Below, piece by piece: positions 27,101 to 39,100 of a DNA stretch of 64,000 bases. The first letter of the stretch is position 1. Each line of letters opens with the position of its first letter. Source of the DNA: Phoronis australis (taxonomy: Eukaryota > Animalia > Phoronida); assembly GCA_002633005.1 (NCBI GenBank), contig NMRA01000326.1:86675-150674 (forward strand), given 5' to 3'. The notes beneath the pieces were generated by a model, which was not told the DNA's origin, ran no database searches, and saw nothing but the letters and a program-made list of their open reading frames with translations. A program made the translations under genes and the position numbers.

Positions 27101-30100
27101 ATTGGTGACGACCGTGGACGGCGTTTAACAGGTGACGATCAGAAGAAACGGCTCTGTTATCTTCCACCCAGATTATCAGAAAATGTTAACGATTATCAGT
27201 TTCATTTCATCCACAAACACATTTCACAAGAGTTTTCACTGTCAGCATTAAGCCTGTGGTTAAAAACGTAACTGAACCCAGATGTGTTAGGTCACCTCAG
27301 TTGCATGAAGACACGCCAGTGTATCACTGAGTTGACATTGGGTGTTTCAAAGGCTGTGGATGGGAAAGGTTTTAATTGTAAAAACGGTTGGGTGAATTTG
27401 AAGTTGGTAGCATTTGAAATTGCATTCACTTTCTAGACCACGCCTTTCTATATACAATATTTTAGTTAATCGTGGTGCTCTTCAGCCGCGCAGCACTGTA
27501 CGAGTCAACACATTCCCATCGTTTGCAGTAGACCTAAACATGTAGAACGACAGAGGTCCCAAGTCCGATGCGCTTCTTCAACAATTCAGGTGACTACCAG
27601 AGTGACGAATGGGGATCACGAGAGGATGAGAAACTACTCATTTTACTATCATGATTATCTTTGCAATCTACTTTGGATAATTGATCATTCGACGTGTTCA
27701 TGTTGAAACTAAGCTTTCAGTTAATATGGAAATAAAGGTGTCAGAGTTAACTTTTGTTTTGGTTTGCAACTGGCAGACAATGCATGGATACGTTTAACAA
27801 ATATATACCCTGTTCTCGTCATTGTTCATCAGTTTCTTCACTGCACTCGTTCCCATATCCATTATTGTTACGTTTCAACGCAAAAATTCGTTCAAATTGA
27901 GAAAGCACATGTTTTGATGGTCGGGAACCCTCTTTGTGCGTCGAATATGCAAGTCCAAACCAAGTAAGAAATGGATTACAAAAATCAAATTGGTGGTTAA
28001 AGTATGTCGTTAGCATGAGATCGAAACATCGAAATGTCAACTTATTAATTGAATTAAGGAATTAGGGCGAAGATTAATCCCTTCACAACTTTCTGTGTTC
28101 ATGACCACAGAGGCCTGAGGCGACTCGTAGCATTCGTTTTCAACAACAACGGTCGTATGCATGTAGACGAACAACACTCTTAGGATCAAAACTACATTTT
28201 GTCTTTGTTTTCCGCGGCACCATTCTATCATAAGTACACCTCGTCGGCTCAACGTTATGGCGAATTTGTGAATGAAAGGACTGAGGGTATATATACAAAG
28301 CTGTTCTGTATCTGGCGGGAGATTCGATTTAATTGAAAGCCCTTTAACCTTTGACCTTGGATAAGTAGTAAACAAATATCCGTGCAGTCATGTGGTTCCA
28401 AGGTGGTTCTGCTTAATCGTTTTTCTCGTTATACGGTATATATTTGAAGTTCCCTGAGAATGAAGATAAGGTATTTTGCAAGACACAAGAGTAAAGTGAA
28501 ATATTGTAAAAATGGCCCTTTTTTGTGAATACGGTTGGAGATATCCTTAAAAACCAATACCACACCATTCTTGTGTGTAATTGCTATGAGCCTCCATCCT
28601 ATAACTCTAATGAAAGGAAGCACTATACATAACTTGTGTTTATCGCAGCAGTTTTCTGGTATTTTATCTAATTTTGATGTTCCCAAGTTGATAATGGCAA
28701 CTTTAATGCCTACAACTCATCTTGGTTCAGTGCAGACATTGACAACCAAACAGTTATTGAGCTTTTTGATGTTTTATTGTCCAATCAAAGTATTCAACTT
28801 ATTGACCAAGCAAAACATTATGACTGGCCAAGTCACGTATTAACCTAATGTATTACCCATGAATTGACTTCTCTTGCTTCTCATTTCGCTAATGTGGATT
28901 GGAACAAAACTTTTGATTTTTGATACCAATGACATTGAATACATTGAGGCATCTCTGTTTTCTGTTATTTTCTTTGTGTTATTTCTCAATATTTTTCTTA
29001 ATCTAAATAAGTTACCTCTGTCAATAGATATCTAAACCTAGATATTATGATTAATTTCCTGGGACACTTATTTGTATTTATTATTGCATTGTCTCATGCT
29101 TGTGTTGTAATAAAATAGAAAAACATCGAGGAGTCTTTTATATCGGCAATGACAGCAACAGATTTAAATTAATTACATTTAAATCAAACCAATTTCACAC
29201 CCTAAACGAGTATTCTTTAAATAAAACATCATATTTGTCTTTTCAAGTTTTCTTTGACAGCGGGTAAAACACTTGTGATACAAAAACAACAGAACGTGAT
29301 ACACAGTTGATTAACTGTTTACACTGACAATTACTGATATCTAATAAAGTACTTAAAAAGGGCTGATATCTAATTCTTAACAATAGTACAAGTCTTTTGG
29401 GGATAATAGCACCAATCAATCAATGAATGAAGCGCCACTTGGGAATGAGATTGGTTTCACAGAAGATTAGCAAGCTTTATGGGGGTTTAATGACAAGAAG
29501 GGCAGTCATAGTGACGGGGAAACAGAGATTTCCGACAGACAGTTATGGACTGATGAAGAAGTCATGGACTGATGAAGAGTGTCATGTGACACAGGGAAAT
29601 GCCAACAACAAATCAAAATGAGCCTTAACTTAACAGATCAACACTTATAAGTGCCCATGGCCTCACAGCACAAACAGTATGGTATCAGTGAATGCACGTT
29701 TTTTCAGGTGATAGGCAGCTAAATTGGCCAAACAGAAAATTTTACCTAGAATCAAATAAGCATAAGAAGTCAAGACTAGAGAAGTAAAATGAAAATAAAA
29801 CGCGAATCATTATTCCCCAGTATACAATAAAAATGAAAAACACTAGTCTAGCTTTCGAGGTTCTTAATATGAATCACGTGAAGCCAAAGCTACTTTACAC
29901 ATCACCAGCGTCCGTGCATACTCCAGTTCATTGTAGAAGATGCATCAGATTAAAACTAATAATAAAATGTACAGTCTGTAGTTCTCCAGTTATTGAAAGA
30001 AGGACTGTATCAATGTTCAATGATGTTACGGTGTGACAGCACCCAGTAGTATTGTTGGCGGTGGGGGAGGCAGGCGGAAAGTAAAGCACAGATATTGATC

Positions 30101-33100
30101 TGGGTGAGTACCTTATGTGTATGCAACACACAGGAGGCCACATAAGGGGGGGGGGGTGCTGCACAACTCCCAGTAGTCCAATAATGGGCAGATCACATCC
30201 TTTCAGAGACAAACTGCCAGAACGGTCTCACAGAAATAAAATTTGAGATCAAATAAACTTTATTACTCAACAAGAGCAACGCGGAGTGTTAAAATGCGCT
30301 CACGAATGCACAGCTAACAGTGTGCTTCTAGGGGTGTTGGAACATAAAAATGGCCACTACATGGAGCAAAATATGTCGAATCCAACCAAAAACTTTTATG
30401 CGTCATTAAAGCTATTTACCAAATTTCATAAAAATCCGTCAAGGAACTTACGAAAAAACAGAGGGCAAACGAAAAAATGAAATTGCCACTAACAGCCTAT
30501 AAACATAAAAAATAACTGCCCCTAAGAGGCGCCGAAGTAGATAAAGTCGACCGAAAATGATCGTCAGACTTCCTCTTCACATTAGGAACATACATGCCAA
30601 TTTCCACAACCATCCTTAGAGTGGTTTGGTTGACAGAGGGGCAGACGCCAAATAACAAGACTCGAAAGCAGTAAAAATGGCCACTAGGTGGCGCAAAGTA
30701 CCCCAAATCCATCTGAAAATGGAAATATGGCATCATCTCACTAATAAATGCCTAAGAACCAAATTTTATGAAAATCCGTTGCGGCCTTCCAAATCTACAA
30801 AGGTAAGCGAAAAAAATTTAAATTGCCACTAGGGGGCACACCAGTAGTCGGAGAGATCCGAAATTCGTTGTCATCTGTCGTCGGCTTCATGGGAACACAT
30901 CTGCCAAATCTCTGAGGGGTTTCGGAGATACAGCCATGGAAGCAAAAACAAACAAAACTACCACTAGGAAGAGCTACAGTAGTTGAAGTCATAGGAAAAT
31001 CATTGTCAGCCATCTTCTTCACAGTAAGAACATATATACCAATTTTCAAAATCATCCCTAGAGCAGTTTGGTTGATAGAACGGCGGACGTCAAAAAACTC
31101 GAAAACAGTAAAAATGGCCAATAGGTGGCGCAAAGTAACTCAAATCTGTATGAAAACTGAAGGATGGCATCATCTCATAAATAGATGCCTAACTGCCAAA
31201 TTTCATGAAAATCCGCTGAGGACCTCTGAAGATAAAGAAGCGTAAAAAACTAAAATTGCCACTAGGGGGCACACCGGTAATCGGAGAGGTCCGAACTTCG
31301 TTGCTGTCCGTCGTCAGCTTCATAGGAACACATCTGCCAAATCTCATCAAAATTTCTGTGAGGGGTTTAGGAAATACAGCTGCGGACGCCACATGCCCGG
31401 TTACCGGACACCCAGACAGAGATGACGGCACTCTGTGACCACACATAAATACGTGGGCGCATAAAAATCAATTGTACCTATTGTTTTAGCTCCACACTCT
31501 CTTTTACACCACATTAGTCAAAGTCATTCAAAAATCAACAGGAGCCATGCAGTCCTCAGTAGGACCACAATGGCAAAACTTTGCAGACACAGAAAGAACT
31601 TGGTACAGAGAGAGTACTGATAGTAATTTTTGGACAAATCCAACTACTGTGGTGCCCCCTAGAGGTAACTTTAGCTTTAATTGTGTCTGCCTCAATGTCT
31701 ATTAATTTAAAAGTACATTGATGTTTTTATTAGTCTGAAGCAATCTCATTGTGGAGACTACGATTGCCGTAGACTTTTGGACAGATCTAGCAACTATGAC
31801 GTCTCCTAGTAGAAATTTTATTTTTCTTTGCATCTGCCAAAACATCTACAAAGCTCTTTGATGTATCTCTATGACATTTGATAGACTGATGTGACTCTAT
31901 CAGCAGGCATTTACTTTGGACAAATACAGTTACTGTAGCAACTAAATATACATATTCAATAAGAGTAACAACTCCATCTCATCATGTTGTTTTACCAGCC
32001 ACGTATCCATGGCAACATCTATGGCAACACAGGGATATACAACTTCAGGGAATAAAATTGTCAACAAGCTGAAAATGTCAGCAACAACGCAGGTTAAAAA
32101 ATACTTCATCAATGGTGGCAACTTTCCAAGAACATAGTAGGTAACCATGGAAAAAAGAAACGATGGAACTATGAATACCCTTGTCATTTCACTAATTATC
32201 AAAACTTACCAGCACTGCATAAATCATAATGGTCCCAATGTTATCGAAAAACACACGGTCATGAAGACTGTAGGAAGCTTCCAGAATAATCCTGTAATAA
32301 AAACATTGGTCATCAATCAATAGATGGAACATAAATAATGAAACCAGAAATAGGTAGTGTTCAAAATCAGCAGTTGGAAACCGACTTTTGCCACAGGTAC
32401 ACCAAATTCTTGTCACACAAACAATTCCAAGCACACACAGGCAGCACGCATAATTCGTCATGCAACAAACATAGACACTGTGTTGTGCATTAAAAATTAT
32501 CCGTAGTACGAGCACCCAAGAGTGGTTGGAGTTCAGGTTCAGTAGTAATGATTTAGTGCGTGCTAAGAGTTTTGTGGTGTGTGGCAAGAGTTGGTTTCCA
32601 CACCCTCAACATGGCAGCAAAGTGGGTATTTTTAACATAAAAATACTTGGGAATAGAAATACGACAACAAAGTCATAAACATCACAAAAGTATTACTTTG
32701 TGAACTGCAGGAGGTTGTTGTTCAATACAACAAGGGTTTAGGAAGTGACCGCCTTGGCCATACAAATTTATTTTAGAGGGGATCGGCAGGACGGGCACAA
32801 CTGAAAAAAGATAGGTAAAAATTAAGGTGTGGCTTAAAATGATAGCCGTTTTCTTGACTCTCTCGACACAGTCAGGTAAATTTGAAGTTTCTAGCTCAAA
32901 ATTGATGTTTGCAATCAGTGACCTCTGACCTATAAAATATGAATGGATTGCTTTGAAAATCAATGCCTATACTCGGTATGTTGGCTTACATGTGTGCACC
33001 GAATTTGAAAAGCATATCTTTAACAATGTAGGATTAACAGTTTCAAACGATGACTTTTAACAAATTGACCTACATTTTGGAATATTAAACAAGGGCAACG

Positions 33101-36100
33101 CAGAGCGTTGAAATGCGCCCACGAATGCATCACAAACGGTGTGCTTTAGGGTTGTTTATTTGTGTCATAAAAATGGCCGCTAGATGGCGCAAAAAACGTA
33201 AAATTCATCTGAAAATGGGAACATGTCATAGCTTCTTTAATAGAAAGTTATTAACCAAATGTCACGAAACTTCAGAGAAACAAAGGAAAACAGAATAAAA
33301 TGAAATTGCCACTAGGGGGCACAGTGTTCACTGGATCCGCCTGAAAGTAGTTATTGTCTGTTGTTAGCTTCATATAAATACACTTACTAAATTTAATAAA
33401 GATCCAGCTATGGGTTTAGGAGATACAGCTGTGGATGCAAAACAAAACAAAACTACCATTGGAAACGCCACAGTAGCCAAAGTCGTCATCGTCAACCATC
33501 CTCTTCACACAGAGAACATAAACACCAATTTTCAAAACCATCCTTCGAATGATTTGGTTGATAGAGGGGTGGACGCCAAAAAACAGACTTGAAAACAGCA
33601 AAAATGGCCACTATGTGGCGCAAAATACCTCGATTCCATCCAAAAACGAGAGGATAGCGTCACCTCACCAATAGATGCCTGAATTCAAAATTTTATGAAA
33701 ATCCATTGAGGACCCTTGAAGAAACAGAGGTAAACGTAAAATCTAAAATTGCCACCAGGGGGCACACCAGTAATCACAGCCATCCGAAAGTCATCGTTGT
33801 TCTGTATCAACATCACATAAATACACTTGTTAAATTTAGTAAAGATCCTGCAGACAGTTTAGGAGATATAGCCATGGGCGCAAAAAAACGAAACTGCCAC
33901 TAGGAGACGCCACAGTAGCTGAAGTGATAAAAAAAATCATCGTCAGCCGTCCATTTCATAGTAAAACATACATGCCAATTGTCACAATTATCCTGAAAGC
34001 GATTTGGTTGACACAGGGGTGGATGCCAAAAAACAGACTCGAAAACGGTAACAAGAGGAACGCGGAGCGTTGAAATGCGCCCACGAATGCATTGCAAATG
34101 GTGTGCTTTTAAGGTTATTTATTTGTATCATAAAAATGGAAACTAGATGGCGCAAATCTGTCAAGGAACTTCAGAGAAACAAAGGAAAACAGAATAAAAT
34201 GAAATTGCCACTAGTGGGCACAGTGTTCGTTGGATCCACCTGAAAGTGGCCGTCCTCTGTTGTTATCTTCATATAAATACACTTACTATATTTAGTAAAG
34301 ATCCTGCAGTGGGTTTAAGAGATACAACTCTGGGCGCAAAACAAAACTACCACTAGGAGGCGCCACAGTAATCAGTCACCATCATCAAAGGTCGTCTTCA
34401 CAATGAGAACATATATATGCCAATTTTCAAATGATTTGGCTGATACAGGGATGGACACCAAAAACAAGATTTGAAAACAGCAAAAGTGGCCACTAGGTGG
34501 TGCAAAATACCTCGATTCCATCCAAAAACAGGCAGATAGCATCATCAAACCAATAGATGCCTATATTTAAAATTTTATGAAAATCTGTTGGAGACCTTTG
34601 AAGATACTGAGTTAAACGTAAAAAACTAAAATTGACACTAGGGAGCACACAGTAGTCAGATCTGTCTGAAAGTCGTTGTCATCCGTAGTCAACATCACAT
34701 AAATACACTTGCTAAATTAAGTAAAGTTCCTGCGAACGGTTTAGGAGATACAGCCATAGGCGCAACAAAAACAAAACTGCCACTAGGAGGCACCACAGTA
34801 GTCAAAATCGTCGGAAAATCATCGTCAACCGTCCACTTTAAAGTAAGCACATACATGCCAATTTTCACAATCACCCTTTGAGCGGTTTGGTTGATAGAGG
34901 GGTGGACAGTAAAACAGTAAAAATGGCCACTAGGTGGCGCAAACTACGTTGAATCTATCCGAAAACGGGAGGATAACGTCATCTCACTCATAGGTGCCAA
35001 TATATCAAATTTCATGAAAATCCGTTAAGGACTTTTGAAGATACAAAGGTAAACGTAAAAAAATAAAATTGCAACTAGGGGGCACACTGGTAGTCGGATC
35101 TGTCCAAAAGTCGTCATCGTCCGTTGTTAACATTATATAAATATACCTACTAAATTTTGTAAAGATCCTGCAAACAGTTTAGGAGATACAGCCATAGGCG
35201 CAACAAAACAAAACTGCCACTAGGAGGCGCCACAATAGTCGAAATCGTCGGAAAATCATCGTCAACCGTCCTGTTCATAGTAAGCACATACATGCCAATT
35301 TTCACAATCATCCTTCGAGCGGTTTGGTTGATAGAGGGGTGGACGCAAAAAACAGACTCAAAAACAGTAAAAATGGCCACTAGGTGGCGCAAACTACGTC
35401 AAATCCATCCGAAAACGGGAGGATAGCGTCATCTCACTAATAGGTGCCTACATATTTCATGAAAATACGTTCAGGACTTTTGAAGATACAAAGGTAAGTG
35501 TAAAAAATTAAATTGCCACTAGGGGGCACACCGGTAGTCGGATCCGTCCGAAAGTTCGCTCATGCCGTCCCATTCATGAATGGAACATATATGCCAAATT
35601 TCATGAACGTATGTCAAAGGGTTTTGGAGATAGAGCAGCGAACGTCGGACACCAGACGGATGCCGCCCGGACGGACGGAGATGACAGCATAATGCGTCCA
35701 CATATAAATATGTGGGCGCATAAAAATGGCCACTAGGTGGCGCAAACTAAGTCGAATCCATCTGAAAACGGAAAGATAGCGTCAACACACTAACAGAAAC
35801 CTGTATGCCATATTTTTTGAAAATACATCGAGTACCTTTGAAGATACAGCTGTTAACGTAAAAAAATAAAACTGCCACCAGGGAGCACACCAGTAGTCAA
35901 ATCCATCCGAAAGTCATCGTCGTACTTTGTCAACACCATATAAATGCACTTGTACTACATTTAGTAAAGATCCTGCAGACAGTTTAGGAGATACAGCCAT
36001 AGGCGCAAAAAAACAAAATACCACTAGGAGGCGCCACAATAGTCCAAGTCGTCGGAAAATCATCGTCAGCCATCCACTTTATAGTACGAACATAATGCCA

Positions 36101-39100
36101 AATTTCACAATCATCCTTAGAGCGGTTTGGTTGATAGAGAGGTGGACGACTAAAAACAGACTCGAAAACAGTAAAAATGGCCACTAGGTGGCACAAATTA
36201 CGTCGAATCTATCCGAAAACGGGAGGATAGCATCAGGTCACTAATAAATGTCTGCATGCCAAATTTTATGAAAATACGCTGGACCTTTGAAGATATAGAG
36301 GTAAGCATAAAAACTAAAATTGCCACTAGGGGGCACACCGGTTGTCGGATCGTCCGAAAGTTCGGTCATGGCGCCATATCTATGAAAGGAACACATGTAC
36401 AAAATTTCATGAACATACGTCAAACGGTTTTGGAGTTAGAGCAGCGGACGCCGGACGGATGCCGCCCTGACGGACGGAGATGACGGCATAATGCGTCCAC
36501 ATATAAATATGTGGGCGTATAAAAACGATTAAAAATTTCACTGGTGAATAACTTGTGTGAAATTTCAAAGACTGACCTCCAGTCGCTTAGCAATTATCCA
36601 GGAATAAAAAGGTAAGAAACAAAAAGAGGGATGAGATGGAAACCACACGACAACAGTACTCTGCACTTATCTAGTATACCCAGTATGAATATGAAACCAG
36701 CATACATGACCATAATAGTTCATTAACATATTATAAATAATTAAACAGCTATGTAGGCATGTCTGTATCTGTTAACCAAATTTGAATGTTTCTGCCTAAA
36801 ACATCAAAAGAAAAGTAATCACGACGCAGACATCTCTCTCGTACTGTTTTATTTCTTATTGATACATCACAGCTTAATCTACTTTCCTTATTACAAATAA
36901 ATACCTTTATTGGAAGTCACATGTATCATAGCCAACATTAGAAAATCAACAACAGAAAAGTGCATTCTATGAAGACAAACAGATAATTAACTTACGGAGG
37001 TAACAAAAACAAGAAGAAAGTCTCGGGATGGAGTTGTGTGTCAAACCCACTATCTGATTCTTGGGACGCACCACTGTAAAATACAGACATGGTTAATACA
37101 AGGGAGGGTTGGGGGAACAACACGCATTAGATCTCCTACCTGAGACCTCTGACACATCATTGTGATGGAATACAGACATGGCACTTGTTCTTCAAAAGCT
37201 TCTTTAGCTGAGACTAGTCTTGAACTAATTCAGCTTTACCATAAAACTTTTAGTGCGTCTTAAGTTTCCACATGTAACATTTGTGTGTAAAGTCCATTTT
37301 ACACGTGTTTTATGCACACAGTCCAGCGGGTGTATGAAAATCATTTTTCAGAAAAATATGGCTTCGATACAATGACGTCTTTGGAACTCTCATCCCGGGC
37401 TTGCCTATGTAAAACTGGTAACATACCAGAAGCGAAAGTCTTTTGGAAGTCATTGTTTTGTCATCAGCAAACAAAGTGCTTTTTGCGAACTACCAAATAA
37501 AAAATTCATGAGTAACTCACCAGGGGGTTTAAGAATGTGTATTTACAGGTGAAACTTTCCAGTTTGGTAGTCATAACAAATTTGTATTTGCTTGACAATA
37601 TTTCTTTTGATAGCAGCCATCAAGACAAAAACTGTTTTAGTTAAGCTACTTTATTGGAACAAAAACAACCTAAAGTTTTGACTTATGTAAGTCCAAACTT
37701 TAAAGTATCTCAGATTTAAGACCAAAATTGAACTTAATTCAAGTTATAAGTTAGTTTCTTGTAATTGGGCAGTGGTCAATGCAACAGCAGGGTGGTGGAA
37801 CAACACACGAGTTAAACCCATAACTTGGAACTTGTGACACACTACTACAACAGTGACATGACGGTTAATACAACGTCAGGGTTGTGGAGCAACATGTGTG
37901 TCAAACCCACTACCTGAGGCTTGTGATGAATCCATAACACTGAAAATAAGGACATGGATAAATGTTGTGCAATACTACGCCCATTATTTGTTAGCCTTTT
38001 GATATGGGATGCACTGCTAAAATATTGCACTGGAGGGCTGTGGAACAACGCTGTGCAAAGACCATCACCTGTTAGCCTTTTGATACCAATATTCTGGAAC
38101 AACACCGTACACAAATATCACCTGTTAGTCTTGATATACTGCTCAGCAGACATTGTACACAAAAAGGTTATGGAACATTACCATGCAGCAAGACCATCAC
38201 CTGTTAGCCTTATGATATACTGTTCAGCACACATTATACACAGAAGGGTTGTCCAACATTTGCAAAACTTGCCTTCTTAACTTTAGGATATGGATACAAG
38301 ATTGAGCCAGTACAATGGCTGCAGACAAATGCACTAAGACCGGATACAAAACTGAGGCAGTACAACAGAATGGCTGGGGACAAATCCACTCATACGAGAT
38401 CAACGGAGCTCACTTTAATTTGTTTTTGATTTCATTAAAATTTGACGAACTTGTTACAAAACCATTTTGGCCCATTCTGCCAGTTAATGTTCCCAATAAT
38501 TTGAAATGGTTCCATAACAACAAACTACTGAAATATCACAATTATTTCCACTGCTTTAGCTTCTCATTAACATCCACCAACTCTTATGCAACTCAACATG
38601 TAATTTTCCTTTTTAGGTTAGAGAATACAACATCTTTCCTATGGAATTGTTTTCATGTTCTTTTTTATCATTAATTAAAAGCAAATAGTCTAATCTGATA
38701 CCTACACACACACATCATACGGGTTCATGCTAATTCCATCAAATTCTGGCAAACCGTTTCGATAATACCGGTAATTGACAAACAAGCAATATCGTGTTGG
38801 AAAATTAAATGGTCAAAAGGGTGTCTCAGTAATATGTAGAATTAGACAAAAATCGACTGGTGCTGGTGTATCCCTGAACTTGCTCTTCAGCCATAAGCAG
38901 AATTGACCTCCATTTTCGAAAGACTTGGACAACTGAAGTCAAACAAAAATAATCAAACAAGAGCAACACGCAAAGGGTTGAAACGTGCCTATGACTGCAA
39001 CACATATAGTTACTGTAGTCTTCTACGGGTGGTTATAGGCAGACTACATCTAATCGGTATGAACATGGATGCCCTTTTGTTAGAAACCTACTGGGAATAA

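Noticed and set aside
33088-36525. CRISPR-like regularly spaced conserved motifs
   Set aside because: The intervening sequences are homologous to each other rather than unique spacers; the context is a eukaryotic intron with no cas genes.
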